DNA from: Candidatus Moraniibacteriota bacterium
GTDB lineage: Bacteria > Patescibacteriota > Minisyncoccia > Moranbacterales > GCA-2747515
DNA: 64,000 bases
Reading direction: 5' to 3'
Assembly: GCA_016699795.1 (NCBI GenBank)
Contig: CP065011.1
Span: forward strand, 687,318-751,317
This document shows positions 50,704 through 60,893 of the stretch, piece after piece. Made by a program: the position numbers and the translations under genes. Below the pieces are notes generated by a model. That model was not told where the DNA came from. It did not search any database and saw nothing but the letters and a program-made list of their open reading frames with translations. How positions within the stretch are numbered: position 1 is the stretch's first letter; the number at the start of each line of letters is the position of its first letter.

Positions 50704-52005
50704 ATGGTAAAAAAATGGTTAGAAATAATGCGTTCGAGTTTGTTTTTGAAAAATAGCTTTGTCTTGTTTCTTGGTGTTATGGCAACGAATTTTTTTAATT
50801 ACATCTTTCATTTTGCTATAGGAAGGATGGTAACTCCTTCTGTATATGGAGAAATGGAGATGATTGTGTCTTTACTTGCTATTGTTTCTGTTCCTGGCTC
50901 AGCAATAGCACTTATTGCAAGTCGCTATGCAGCGAATGCTAAAGCAAAAAATGATCCTGGTTTAAGTAAAGAAATCTTTCATTGGCTGAATGGGAAGATT
51001 ATTCGATATGGTTTGCCGGTGTTTGCTATTTCTCTTTTATCGACTCCCTGGGTAGCAAGTTTTTTGAAGGTTGAGCATGAGATTGCTATAATTTTTCTTT
51101 GGGCTATGATGTTTCTTTCTTTTTTTTCTTCTGTTTCGATAGGAATATTATCGGGTTGGCAAAGTTTTTCTTGGGTGGGTATTATAAATAGTGTGGGGAG
51201 TTTTTTTAAATTAATTCTTGGTGTTTTCTTTGTTTGGATGGGTTTTGCTGTTAATGGAATTATCGGATCTTTTCTCTTATCTTCTTTGATTGGATATATA
51301 TGCACCTTGTGGGTTTTTCAAAAAATTCAAAAAAATAATAAAGAACAGCATAAAGAGAAAGAAAGCTTCTCGGCAAAAGAATTAACCTCCATAAAGCCAT
51401 ACGCAATAAGAGTTTTTTTTGCATCTTTAGCACTTGCTTTGTTGGGAAATATCGACATGATTTCTGCTAAATATCATTTGGATAGTAATGTAGTAGGGAC
51501 ATACGGAGCGTTATTTATTGTTTCGAGGATTATTTTCTTTGTTTCTGGAATTCTTATTTCGGTCATGTTCTCGATGTCATCGGAAGAGCATGATAAAAAA
51601 GCATTAGGAATAAATAAGGGTCAATCAAAGATATTTTTTCATACAGCTTTTCTTATAGGGATTTTTTGTACAGGTTCTTTGATTTTCTTTTTTCTTTTTC
51701 CAGAGTTTGTTATGAAAGTTTTCTTTGGAAATACGTATATTCATGCGGCAAATTATTTGATATGGTTCGGCGTCGTGGCTGCTCTTTATACATTTGTGAA
51801 TCTTTTTATTCAGTATTTTCTTTCTATTAAAGAAACTCGAGTAGTTCGATGGTTACTTTTTATTTCTCTTTTGGAGATCCCATGTATATTTTTCTTTGGG
51901 TATGATATTTTGAGTATAGTAATGATTTCAGGATTTGCTCAGGTTTTAGTTATTGGTGTCGCTTTAATTTTCTTTTTAAGAGGCAAGAATTTTTTAAAAC
52001 GATAA
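50704..52005 (+). CDS. MOP-superfamily polysaccharide flippase (Wzx-like)
   Basis: 12-14 TM segments; N-terminal GRMVTPSVYGEMEMIVSL pattern typical of PF01943 polysaccharide biosynthesis proteins. Confidence 0.6.
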   Translation: MVKKWLEIMRSSLFLKNSFVLFLGVMATNFFNYIFHFAIGRMVTPSVYGEMEMIVSLLAIVSVPGSAIALIASRYAANAKAKNDPGLSKEIFHWLNGKIIRYGLPVFAISLLSTPWVASFLKVEHEIAIIFLWAMMFLSFFSSVSIGILSGWQSFSWVGIINSVGSFFKLILGVFFVWMGFAVNGIIGSFLLSSLIGYICTLWVFQKIQKNNKEQHKEKESFSAKELTSIKPYAIRVFFASLALALLGNIDMISAKYHLDSNVVGTYGALFIVSRIIFFVSGILISVMFSMSSEEHDKKALGINKGQSKIFFHTAFLIGIFCTGSLIFFFLFPEFVMKVFFGNTYIHAANYLIWFGVVAALYTFVNLFIQYFLSIKETRVVRWLLFISLLEIPCIFFFGYDILSIVMISGFAQVLVIGVALIFFLRGKNFLKR

Positions 52006-52022
52006 GAGTAAAGATTTTTAGT

Positions 52023-52958
52023 ATGAAAAAAATGATATCCCTTGTTATTCCTGCTTATAATGAAGAAAAAAACTTACCTCTTATAAAAAAGGCGATAGAA
52101 AAAGTTTTTAAAAAAATGTCGTATTCTTACGAGATCATTTTTGTAAATGACGGAAGCTCGGATAAAAGTCTGGAAGTACTTAAGAAGATTGCAGAAAAAG
52201 ATGACTATATCAAAATAATTGATTTTTCAAGAAATTTTGGTAAAGAAATCGCTACCAGTGCTGGGTGTCATATTGCAAAAGGGGATGCTGTGATAACTAT
52301 GGATGCTGATCTCCAGCATCCACCTGAGCTGATACAGAAATTTTTAGCTCTTTGGGAAGAAGGTGCTGAAGTTGTCTATACAGTCCGTAAAGAAACTTCC
52401 GGTGTGGGTTTTTTTAAGAAAATATCTTCTTCTCTTTTTTATTGGTTATTCAATAAAATATCGGATATGAAATCCGAATCAGGTGCGACAGATTTTCGTC
52501 TTATGGATAAGAAGGTGATAGACACCTTTCGACAGCTTCCTGAACGAGATCGGATGTTTCGAGGACTTATTGATTGGATGGGATTTCGTCGTGTGCGAGT
52601 AGATTTTGTAGCCGCAGAACGAGTAAATGGAAACGCTCGATATTCCTACGGGAAACTTTTTCATTTAGCTATGAATAGCTTCACATCATTCTCTCTTTTT
52701 CCACTTCGTTTTGCTGGATATCTTGGTATTTTCGTTGTATTGGTGAGTGGACTTTTGCTTTCGATAATGTTATTATCTAAGTTTTGGGATCCAGGATTAT
52801 TCACTTCTCTTGCTATATTTACCGTAGGTATTATCTTTCTTGTTGGAATTATCCTTATTTCTTTGGGTTTAATAGCTTTGTACATTGCTAGAATTCATAC
52901 GGAAGTATCTGGAAGACCCTTATACATTGTTCGAGAAAAAGTAAACATTAAAGAATAA
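52023..52958 (+). CDS. polyprenyl-phosphate glycosyltransferase, GT2 (ArnC/GtrB/DPM1-like) with two C-terminal TM helices
   Basis: VIPAYNEE..VNDGSSD..DADLQHPPE motifs; C-terminal hydrophobic hairpin. Confidence 0.85.
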   Translation: MKKMISLVIPAYNEEKNLPLIKKAIEKVFKKMSYSYEIIFVNDGSSDKSLEVLKKIAEKDDYIKIIDFSRNFGKEIATSAGCHIAKGDAVITMDADLQHPPELIQKFLALWEEGAEVVYTVRKETSGVGFFKKISSSLFYWLFNKISDMKSESGATDFRLMDKKVIDTFRQLPERDRMFRGLIDWMGFRRVRVDFVAAERVNGNARYSYGKLFHLAMNSFTSFSLFPLRFAGYLGIFVVLVSGLLLSIMLLSKFWDPGLFTSLAIFTVGIIFLVGIILISLGLIALYIARIHTEVSGRPLYIVREKVNIKE

Positions 52959-52960
52959 TA

Positions 52961-54040
52961 TTATTTTTTTGGGGTGTAGTGAATCTCATCTTCTTTAATA
53001 GCAAAATGACGCATAATAAGATCTTTAAAATCAAAAAGATCTTCCCCCATAAAAATCATTCGGGGAATGCTGTGATTTTTCTTCAGAGATGTAAGTGAAC
53101 AATCTCCGAAAGCACAATTAATAAAAAGGGGAGAATCTTTTTCTTTTACAACACCTTTTATGCGATAAAATTTTTCTTTAGGGAATTCTTTTAGAAGAAT
53201 GGGAAGAAGCGTTTCTCTATCAAAAATTTTAGTAGGGCGAATTTCTATAAGATCAACTTCAAATCCGTGATGATCCTGATTTATTTCAGAAGCACTTTCT
53301 TTTGCAGATTTTTCTGTGGTAAAGAGATTGCTATTGAGGCTAAAAATAATTTCAGGGTGAATATGCCCTCGATCCGTTTTTATTTTTGGAGTGTCAAGAT
53401 TTATTTCATAAAGATCGTCAAGATTTCTTTCTAGAGTAAATTCATCGAGATCCTCATGTTTATTGATAAGTATAAGATCAGTATATTTTGCCTGAATTTT
53501 GAGTGTGGGACTTTTGTGAACATATCCTTGAAAATTTTTGGCATCGATTACGGTAATAACGCCATCCATAACAAGAGAGGGATTCTTTCGTATTTCCCAA
53601 ACAACAGGCGCTGGAGTTGCTGATCCTGATGTTTCTATAATTATGCGATCAGGATTGGTTTTGGCGAGTTCCTTGAGTGCTTCAGAAAGTTGACCAATCA
53701 TAACATGACAAATGCAACCCTGAAGCATTTCCTTTACGGTCGCAGTTCGGGATTCTTGAGCGAGTTCTGTATCTACTTGGGTATTTCCCATTTCATTTTT
53801 TAGCCAAGCGATAGAATAATTTTTGGGCATCTCTTTAATAAGATTGGTGATGACTGTTGTTTTTCCAGCACCAAGATATCCTGTAAAAAGAGTGACCGGT
53901 ATTTTTTTTTCGAGTATTTTTTCGGATTGTTGTGAGGATGTTGTTAAGGAAGGGGAAGCTTTCTTTTTCAAAAAAACTTTCTTTTTTGTATCTTCAGAAA
54001 AAAGAAAAGGACTTTCCATAGGAGAATCGTTTTTGGACAT
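52961..54040 (-). CDS. COG0523 (CobW/ZigA-family) GTPase metallochaperone
   Basis: GYLGAGKTT P-loop, GCICHVM metal-binding motif variant, C-terminal CobW_C-like region. Confidence 0.75.
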   Translation of the reverse strand: MSKNDSPMESPFLFSEDTKKKVFLKKKASPSLTTSSQQSEKILEKKIPVTLFTGYLGAGKTTVITNLIKEMPKNYSIAWLKNEMGNTQVDTELAQESRTATVKEMLQGCICHVMIGQLSEALKELAKTNPDRIIIETSGSATPAPVVWEIRKNPSLVMDGVITVIDAKNFQGYVHKSPTLKIQAKYTDLILINKHEDLDEFTLERNLDDLYEINLDTPKIKTDRGHIHPEIIFSLNSNLFTTEKSAKESASEINQDHHGFEVDLIEIRPTKIFDRETLLPILLKEFPKEKFYRIKGVVKEKDSPLFINCAFGDCSLTSLKKNHSIPRMIFMGEDLFDFKDLIMRHFAIKEDEIHYTPKK

Positions 54041-54145
54041 AGAAATAGAGTTTAAAGACGAGAAATATCTTTTGAATTATAGGGTGTGCAAAAAAAAATA
54101 TCTTTATGATATACTATACCAGTAATTTTCTAAGTAAAAAAGAAT

Positions 54146-54883
54146 ATGACTAAAAAGGTTGGTTCGTTCCTATTTTTGATTATTGTGGTGGCGACATTAT
54201 CAGGCTGTTCTCTCTTGCCTGAAAAAACACAAGAAAATGAGGACTATAAAAAAATTGATTTAAATGAATTGAAGAAAACAATGCAATCAAACGAGGAATC
54301 TCCCACGCCTTCTGAAAAAGATGCGCAAAATAATACGCAAGAAGAAATAGCTAATGTAAATGAAAATATGAAACAATATAAGAGTGCTCCTGAAATGCAA
54401 ATTGATGTAAATAAAGAATACTCAGCAATTTTGCGTACGAGCCAGGGAGATATTAAAATTTCTCTTAACGCCAAACAAGCACCGATAACGGTAAATAATT
54501 TTATCTTTCTTTCTAAGGAGAAATTTTATGAAAACGTTATTTTTCATCGTGTGATAAAAGATTTTATGATTCAAGGAGGTGATCCAACGGGGACGGGCTC
54601 CGGGGGACCAGGATACTCCTTTAAGGACGAGTCTATTGTAGAAGAATATACAAAAGGAACGCTTGCCATGGCTAATTCAGGACCAAATACGAATGGAAGT
54701 CAATTCTTTATTATGCATGTGGATGTATCATTACCTAAAAATTATGTAATTTTTGGAAAAGTAATTTCAGGAATGGATGTTGTTGATGCGATAGCGTCCG
54801 CTCCAGTAAAGGCGGGAATGTTTGGAGAGGCTTCTACACCTGTAAATCCAGTGATTATTCAAAGTGTTGAAATTTCTGAATAA
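54146..54883 (+). CDS. lipoprotein peptidyl-prolyl cis-trans isomerase, cyclophilin type
   Basis: Lipobox LSGC; FHRVIKDFMIQGGDPTGTGSGGPGY cyclophilin signature. Confidence 0.9.
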   Translation: MTKKVGSFLFLIIVVATLSGCSLLPEKTQENEDYKKIDLNELKKTMQSNEESPTPSEKDAQNNTQEEIANVNENMKQYKSAPEMQIDVNKEYSAILRTSQGDIKISLNAKQAPITVNNFIFLSKEKFYENVIFHRVIKDFMIQGGDPTGTGSGGPGYSFKDESIVEEYTKGTLAMANSGPNTNGSQFFIMHVDVSLPKNYVIFGKVISGMDVVDAIASAPVKAGMFGEASTPVNPVIIQSVEISE

Positions 54884-54938
54884 TAATTTCTTTCTGCGAA
54901 CTTGCGTTTTTTCTTGTTTTTCCTTACTTTGAGAGTAT

Positions 54939-56747
54939 ATGGAAAAAATATCTACTTCGGAATTAACGAGAAATTTTTGTATTATTGCACATATTGATCA
55001 TGGAAAATCAACTCTAGCTGATCGATTTTTGGAAGTGACTAAAACGGTAGAAAATCGAAAAATGAAAGAGCAGATGTTGGATCAAATGGATCTAGAGAGA
55101 GAACGTGGAATTACTATCAAACTCCAACCTGTACGAATGAGATACGAAAAAGATGGTTTATTGTATACGTTGAACCTTATAGATACGCCGGGCCATGTTG
55201 ATTTTCAATACGAGGTTTCTCGTTCACTTGCTGCTGTCGAGGGAGCTATACTTTTGGTAGATGCTACGAAAGGAATACAAGCACAGACTTTGTCTAACCT
55301 GTATTTTGCAATGGAGCAGGATCTTACTATTATTCCTGTAATAAACAAAATTGATCTTCCGAATGCACAAGTAGAAAAAACAAAAAGGGAGATATCGCAT
55401 CTTTTGGGTTGTTCGGAAGAAGATATTTTATGCGCTTCAGGAAAAACAGGAATTGGTGTTGAAGCAATTCTTGATGCCGTCATAAAAGAAGTGCCCTTTC
55501 CAAAAGGAGAAAGAGAAAAACCTCTTCGGGCTTTGGTTTTCGATAGCCAGTATGATGATTATAAGGGGGTAATTGCTTATGTTCGAATTGTAGATGGAAA
55601 AATTGGTGTTGGAGAAAAAATTCGTATGATGGCGGCAGATGCTTATACAGAAGCTGGTGAAGTGGGAATTTTTACGCCAAAACTTTTCCCGCAAGAATTT
55701 TTGGAAGCCGGATTGATTGGATATATAGCCACGGGTTTTAAAAGTATCGAACAGTGTCGAGTGGGAGATACCATAACAAGCGCTTCAAAACTAATAGAGA
55801 CTATTCCTCTGGAGGGTTATCAAATTGTTCAGCCCATGGTATATGCTAGTCTTTATCCTAACGATGGGGAAGATTATAATGCTATGCGAGAATCTTTGGG
55901 TAAATTAAAATTGAATGACGCAGCCTTTAGTTTTGAACCAGAAAGTAATCCTGCTCTAGGACGTGGTTTTCGATGTGGTTTTCTGGGCATGCTTCATTTA
56001 GAAATTATTCGAGAACGCTTGGATCGAGAATATGCTTTTGAGCCAACCATAACAACTCCAAGTGTTGTGTATCAAGTTCTTTGTAAAGGTTGGAAAAATT
56101 CTGAAAGTATTTTTTCTGCTTTTGAATATCCAGATCCTTCCGAAATTGAAAAAACATTTGAGCCTTATGTGAAATTGGAAATAGTAACTCCACAAGAATA
56201 TGTTGGGGCTGTTATGGAATTATCAACAAAGGCAAGGTCCACCTATAAAAATACTCACTATTTGGATGAAACTCGTGTTGTAATGGAATTCGAAACACCT
56301 CTGGCTGAAATTATTGTGAATTTTCATGATGATCTTAAAAGTATTTCATCGGGATTTGCTTCAATGAATTATGAGCCAATTGGATATCGTGAAAGTGATT
56401 TGGTGAAATTGGATATTTTTGTAGCAGGAGATATGATAAGTGCTTTTTCTCGAGTTATACCCAAAGAACAAGTTTTTTCCGAAGGAAAACGAACGGTAGA
56501 AAAATTAAGAGATACTATTCCTAGACAGTCATTTGTTATCCCATTGCAAGCTTCTGTAGGAGGAAAGGTGATTGCTCGTGAAACTATACGTCCTTATAGA
56601 AAAGATGTTACGGCAAAATTATATGGTGGAGATATAACTCGAAAAAGAAAGTTGTTGGAAAAGCAGAAGAAAGGAAAGAAAAAAATGCAATCAATGGGAA
56701 AGGTATACATTCCTCCTCAAGCTTTTCTTTCTGTTTTAAAGCGATAA
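54939..56747 (+). CDS. lepA: elongation factor 4
   Basis: AHIDHGKSTL G1 motif, DTPGHVDF, NKID, C-terminal LepA-specific domain. Confidence 0.95.
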   Translation: MEKISTSELTRNFCIIAHIDHGKSTLADRFLEVTKTVENRKMKEQMLDQMDLERERGITIKLQPVRMRYEKDGLLYTLNLIDTPGHVDFQYEVSRSLAAVEGAILLVDATKGIQAQTLSNLYFAMEQDLTIIPVINKIDLPNAQVEKTKREISHLLGCSEEDILCASGKTGIGVEAILDAVIKEVPFPKGEREKPLRALVFDSQYDDYKGVIAYVRIVDGKIGVGEKIRMMAADAYTEAGEVGIFTPKLFPQEFLEAGLIGYIATGFKSIEQCRVGDTITSASKLIETIPLEGYQIVQPMVYASLYPNDGEDYNAMRESLGKLKLNDAAFSFEPESNPALGRGFRCGFLGMLHLEIIRERLDREYAFEPTITTPSVVYQVLCKGWKNSESIFSAFEYPDPSEIEKTFEPYVKLEIVTPQEYVGAVMELSTKARSTYKNTHYLDETRVVMEFETPLAEIIVNFHDDLKSISSGFASMNYEPIGYRESDLVKLDIFVAGDMISAFSRVIPKEQVFSEGKRTVEKLRDTIPRQSFVIPLQASVGGKVIARETIRPYRKDVTAKLYGGDITRKRKLLEKQKKGKKKMQSMGKVYIPPQAFLSVLKR

Positions 56748-56933
56748 GAAAAAGACTTCTTTTTTTATGTATGATATACTTAAAAAAAGAAATGGTACTA
56801 TTTTTTAAGCTTAAAAAAGATAGAGATGGTTTATAATTCAGAAAGTATTCATTCGATATTGTAAGGCGGGTAAAAACTCTAAGAAAAAATATGTTTTAGA
56901 GGTGGAGAATTAAAACTTTTAAGGATTAAAAAT

Positions 56934-57047
56934 ATGAATCGAAAAATGAAGAGAAAGATAGTAAAAATATTTTGGATCATTGCATCAGTTTTGATTATTA
57001 TTGCTATGGTAGGATTTCTTCTTGCTCCAGCTTTTTATTATAATTAA
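56934..57047 (+). CDS. possible 37-aa single-TM peptide
   Basis: ATG preceded by AAGGA; MNRKMKRKIVKIFWIIASVLIIIAMVGFLLAPAFYYN; below ORF-track length cutoff. Confidence 0.3.
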   Translation: MNRKMKRKIVKIFWIIASVLIIIAMVGFLLAPAFYYN

Positions 57048-57051
57048 AAAT

Positions 57052-57459
57052 ATGCGTTTTGTTTCTTTTTTTATAATTATTTTGGTAATCATTGGAGCAT
57101 TTTCAGGCGCATTCTTTTTGGGACGATCGGGTTATGAAGCATATCGAAAGAACCAAACTATAGAAGAAGAAATTGCTAGATTAGAAAGTGAAGCGAAGAG
57201 GCTTTCTGTAGAGAATGAAGAATTAGAAAAAAAGATTGTCTATTTTGGAACAGATTCATTTACTGAGCGTGAAGCTAAGGAAAAGTTAAATTTGAAACAT
57301 CCTGAAGAAAAAGTCGTTCTTGTAAAAGGAAGAGCTGTTGAAAACTTAGAAGAAGATCCAAAAAAACAAGATCCAAAAATTACAATAAATGGAAAAGAAA
57401 AGGATTACATTCCTCTTTATAAAAGATGGTGGACCATTTTCTTTTCTCCAAGGAAATAA
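57052..57459 (+). CDS. septum formation initiator family protein (FtsB/DivIC-like)
   Basis: N-terminal TM helix followed by coiled-coil IEEEIARLESEAKRLSVENEELEKKI. Confidence 0.6.
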   Translation: MRFVSFFIIILVIIGAFSGAFFLGRSGYEAYRKNQTIEEEIARLESEAKRLSVENEELEKKIVYFGTDSFTEREAKEKLNLKHPEEKVVLVKGRAVENLEEDPKKQDPKITINGKEKDYIPLYKRWWTIFFSPRK

Positions 57460-57491
57460 TAAATATATGTATAAAGATTTTTATTTACTCT

Positions 57492-58613
57492 ATGAAATTT
57501 AAAATAAAAAAAATAGCCGAAAAGAAGAATATTAAACGCATACTGACTTATTTACGACGCCCGCTAGTTCTCTTTTTTGTAATACTTTCTCTCGCGATTA
57601 TTCTTTTTTTGTTTTCTCTTGTTCGCGTGTATATGCGAAGTGATATTACTTTACATGAGCCTTCTTCTGGAATTTTTTGGTATCCAGCTCTTTGGATATC
57701 TCCTTTTTCTTTTATTTCTTACGAAGAAGTCGCAAGAGATGTATTAGCTATTCAGTCTCATTATAATAATCAAGATTTTTCCTCCGCTGGTTTTCGTGTG
57801 GACTTTTCTACTGAAGAAGGAAAAAAACGTCTGAAACTTCGTGAAAAAGAGCTTCTCAATATACTTATTGAGCAAAAAGCTTTTCAAAGAATTGTTCAGG
57901 ATGCTGATCTTCGCGTTACTGATCAAGAAGTTAACGATAGTGTGGAGCGAAAATTAAGCGAATTTGGGACAAAAGAAAATGTAAAAGAAACCCTCAATCG
58001 TCTTTATGGTTGGAATTTGGATGATTTTAAAAATTATATTGTAAAGAATGAAATTTATCGAGAAAAAGCAAAATTTGTTTTTTCTAAAAAAACTGATCAC
58101 GAGACTGATAAGGAGGCTAAAAAAACTATAGAAAAAGTAAAAGCGGAATTAGATTCCGGAGAAGATTTTGCTGTTTTAGCTGAGAAATACTCCGAAGGAG
58201 TGACATCAAAAAATGGGGGTCGTTTTGGCTGGTTGCTTTTAGGGGAAATTATGGAACCTTCTGTAGCAAAGGCTATTATTTCTATGGAAGCGGGATCAAC
58301 AAGTTCCATTATCGAGAGTGACTTGGGATATCACATTGTTAAAGTGCATGATTCGAAGAAAGATTCTTCAGGAATTCTTTATGATATAAGTCAAATATTT
58401 ATTAAAAAAATGACTTTTTCTCAATGGATTGAGGACTATATAAAAGCATTGAACGTCAAAGTTTTTCTTAAGGGATATACATGGGAAGCTTCAGAAGGGC
58501 TTGTTGTTTTTTCGGATGAAAATATGAAAACCTTTGAGTTGAATCTGCTCAATAATCAACAAATCCCGAAAAATGAAAGTGAAGATGTAAAAAAAGAATC
58601 TGAAAAGAAATAA
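57492..58613 (+). CDS. parvulin-type peptidyl-prolyl isomerase (PrsA/SurA-like), membrane anchored
   Basis: TM anchor; FAVLAEKYSEG..GGRFGWL..GYHIVKV PpiC rotamase motifs. Confidence 0.8.
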   Translation: MKFKIKKIAEKKNIKRILTYLRRPLVLFFVILSLAIILFLFSLVRVYMRSDITLHEPSSGIFWYPALWISPFSFISYEEVARDVLAIQSHYNNQDFSSAGFRVDFSTEEGKKRLKLREKELLNILIEQKAFQRIVQDADLRVTDQEVNDSVERKLSEFGTKENVKETLNRLYGWNLDDFKNYIVKNEIYREKAKFVFSKKTDHETDKEAKKTIEKVKAELDSGEDFAVLAEKYSEGVTSKNGGRFGWLLLGEIMEPSVAKAIISMEAGSTSSIIESDLGYHIVKVHDSKKDSSGILYDISQIFIKKMTFSQWIEDYIKALNVKVFLKGYTWEASEGLVVFSDENMKTFELNLLNNQQIPKNESEDVKKESEKK

Positions 58614-58755
58614 TGAAAGAAAATAATTTCTTTCTCGTATTAAAAAATTGTGGGAAGAAAAAAATTTTTTTTAAAGATTTTTTCTCTTTTTAGATTTGTA
58701 GTATAGTAAGAAAACGTTCTGATATTTTTTATAGATTTAAAATATTTTTACATAT

Positions 58756-60009
58756 ATGGATGAAGAAATTAAACAACAACAAGTATTTAATAAAGGATCT
58801 TTTCTTTTTTCTATTGTTCTTTCGATTCTTTCTGGTATATTGGGCGGTGTTTTCGTTTTACTTTTGGCAAATCCTATAGTAACAAAAGAATCTTTAGAGA
58901 AATCTCCTTTGGAGAATAATAAAGAAATGGAATCATCTAAAACTACGGTTATCGCTGAAGATGATGCTATTATTCAAGTAGTTGAAAAAGTTTCTCCTAG
59001 TGTTGTGAGTATTGTAGTTACGAAAGATCTCTCCCAAATGCAAAGATATTTCAGTAGTCCTTTTGATATGTTTTTTGGAGGAGATCCTTATGCACAAAAA
59101 AATGAAGAAGGTCCTTCCGAAATGCAACAAATAGGAGGCGGTACAGGATTTTTTGTCTCTTCTGAAGGTATGGTGGTAACCAATGCTCATGTAGTTGAAG
59201 ATACATCAGCAACATACACCGTAGTGACACAATCAGGCGATAAATACGAAGCCAAAATATTGGCTACGGATCCTACTCGAGATGTAGCAGTTATTAAAGT
59301 AGAAGGAACAAATTTTCCTGTAGCGGAATTGGGAGATAGTGAAGCTCTTCGTTTAGGTCAAACTGTTGTTGCTATTGGATATTCTCTTGGGGAATTCGCT
59401 AATTCAGTAAGTAAAGGTATTATTTCGGGAACACAAAGAAGTATTTTCGCTGGGTCTTCTCGCGGACAATCAGAACAGCTTAGCAATGTTATTCAGACCG
59501 ATGCCGCAATCAATCCAGGAAATTCCGGAGGACCTCTTTTGAATATTCAGGGGAAAGTTATAGGTGTTAATGTCGCTATGGCACAAGGCGCTGAGAATAT
59601 AGGATTTGCCCTTCCTATTAATTCTGTGCGAAAAGTTATAGATCAAGTTCGTGAAACCGGAAAAATTGTAACACCATTTCTGGGTATTCGTTATCTCATT
59701 ATCAATGAAGAAATTGCCAAAAAAAATAATCTTGAATATAACTATGGAGCGCTTATTATGAGAGGGGAACAACGGTCTGATTTGGCTGTAATGCCTGCTT
59801 CTCCTGCTGATCGCGCAGGTCTTAAAGAAGGGGATGTTATTTTGGAAATTGCGGGTGAGAAAATTACTGAAGAAAAACCTCTAAATTTTCTTATTTCAGA
59901 ACATAGCATTGGAGAAGAAGTAGCTTTTAAAGTTTGGAGCGATGGAGAGATAAAAGATATGACCATTCTCCTTGAAGCTCGAAAAGAAGATACAAAAGAG
60001 AAAAAATAA
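58756..60009 (+). CDS. htrA: HtrA/DegP-family serine protease with PDZ domain
   Basis: TNAHVV (His), D, GNSGGPL (Ser) catalytic triad motifs; C-terminal PDZ. Confidence 0.9.
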   Translation: MDEEIKQQQVFNKGSFLFSIVLSILSGILGGVFVLLLANPIVTKESLEKSPLENNKEMESSKTTVIAEDDAIIQVVEKVSPSVVSIVVTKDLSQMQRYFSSPFDMFFGGDPYAQKNEEGPSEMQQIGGGTGFFVSSEGMVVTNAHVVEDTSATYTVVTQSGDKYEAKILATDPTRDVAVIKVEGTNFPVAELGDSEALRLGQTVVAIGYSLGEFANSVSKGIISGTQRSIFAGSSRGQSEQLSNVIQTDAAINPGNSGGPLLNIQGKVIGVNVAMAQGAENIGFALPINSVRKVIDQVRETGKIVTPFLGIRYLIINEEIAKKNNLEYNYGALIMRGEQRSDLAVMPASPADRAGLKEGDVILEIAGEKITEEKPLNFLISEHSIGEEVAFKVWSDGEIKDMTILLEARKEDTKEKK

Positions 60010-60016
60010 AATAAAT

Positions 60017-60514
60017 ATGGAAGATATAATTGGAAGCCTCCCGTCTTTTTCCGAGTTTCTTACGGGGGATGTTGTCTTGTTCCTTGTTGTTATCGGTGGT
60101 GCTATTGCTTTGAGTATAATTTTTGGAAAGTCTCGCTTTGTTCGTTTTGTGTTGTCTATTTATTTGGCATATGCCTTTTTGGCAGTCTTTCCAAAATCTA
60201 TTCTTATTAAAATTCCTTATGGAGAAGCTCTTATTTTTTTAGGAGCACTTATTCTTCTTGTTTTTTTGGGAAAAAATCTTTTTAACATTTACTATCGTTC
60301 TGAAATTCAGGGATGGATACCCACCTTTTTCTTTGCCTTCTTTGTTTCGGGCTTTCTTTTGGGTATTTTTTTCCGTCTTCTTCCCGGGGATGCCTTCTTT
60401 TGGGATTTCCTATCCTATCGATCAGCTCAATATCTTATTGGTGAATGGACCTTTCTTATTTGGTTTATTGCTCCTTTGATTATTTTAACAATACTTAATA
60501 CGAGAAAATCTTAA
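60017..60514 (+). CDS. small polytopic membrane protein (CvpA-like?)
   Basis: Four TM segments; start set at Met 60017 just after htrA stop. Confidence 0.45.
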   Translation: MEDIIGSLPSFSEFLTGDVVLFLVVIGGAIALSIIFGKSRFVRFVLSIYLAYAFLAVFPKSILIKIPYGEALIFLGALILLVFLGKNLFNIYYRSEIQGWIPTFFFAFFVSGFLLGIFFRLLPGDAFFWDFLSYRSAQYLIGEWTFLIWFIAPLIILTILNTRKS

Positions 60515-60541
60515 TAAAAACTCCTATAAAAAGAGTAGGGT

Positions 60542-60570
60542 TTGACTTAGGTTAATTTCTTCGATATAAT
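60542..60570 (+). promoter_or_regulatory. canonical sigma70 promoter TTGACT-17-TATAAT for tRNA-Lys
   Basis: TTGACT 60542-60547, 17-nt spacer, TATAAT 60565-60570, 24 nt upstream of tRNA. Confidence 0.6.
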
Positions 60571-60594
60571 CGCATACGTATTTTTAGAATTTTT

Positions 60595-60667
60595 GCGCGC
60601 ATAGCTCAGTCGGTAGAGCAGTGGCCTTTTAAGCCAACGGTCGGGGGTTCGAATCCCTCTGCGCGCA
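60595..60667 (+). tRNA. tRNA-Lys (anticodon UUU)
   Basis: Acceptor GCGCGCA/TGCGCGC, D-arm GCTCAGTCGGTAGAGC, anticodon loop CTTTTAA, T-arm GGGGG-TTCGAAT-CCCTC; resembles E. coli tRNA-Lys. Confidence 0.9.
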
Positions 60668-60893
60668 CGAAGTAAGCGCTAAGCATGCAAACTGCTTTGC
60701 ATGCGTGAGGGATGAGAAAGACGGAACGATGTTTCGCATATGTATGTATGCGAAACCGTGAGTCGGGGTCGAGAAATATTTTCTTAAAATATATTCGTGA
60801 CCGAATCCCTCTGCGCGCACGAAGTAAGCGCTAAGCATGCAAACTGCTTTGCATGCGTGAGGGATGAGAAAGACGGAACGATGTTTCGCATGT
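60651..60893 (+). repeat. tandem direct duplication (~90 bp, period 152) containing the last 17 nt of tRNA-Lys plus downstream hairpins
   Basis: gaatccctctgcgcgcacgaagtaagcgctaagcatgcaaactgctttgcatgcgtgagggatgagaaagacggaacgatgtttcgcat occurs at 60651 and again at 60803. Confidence 0.85.
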
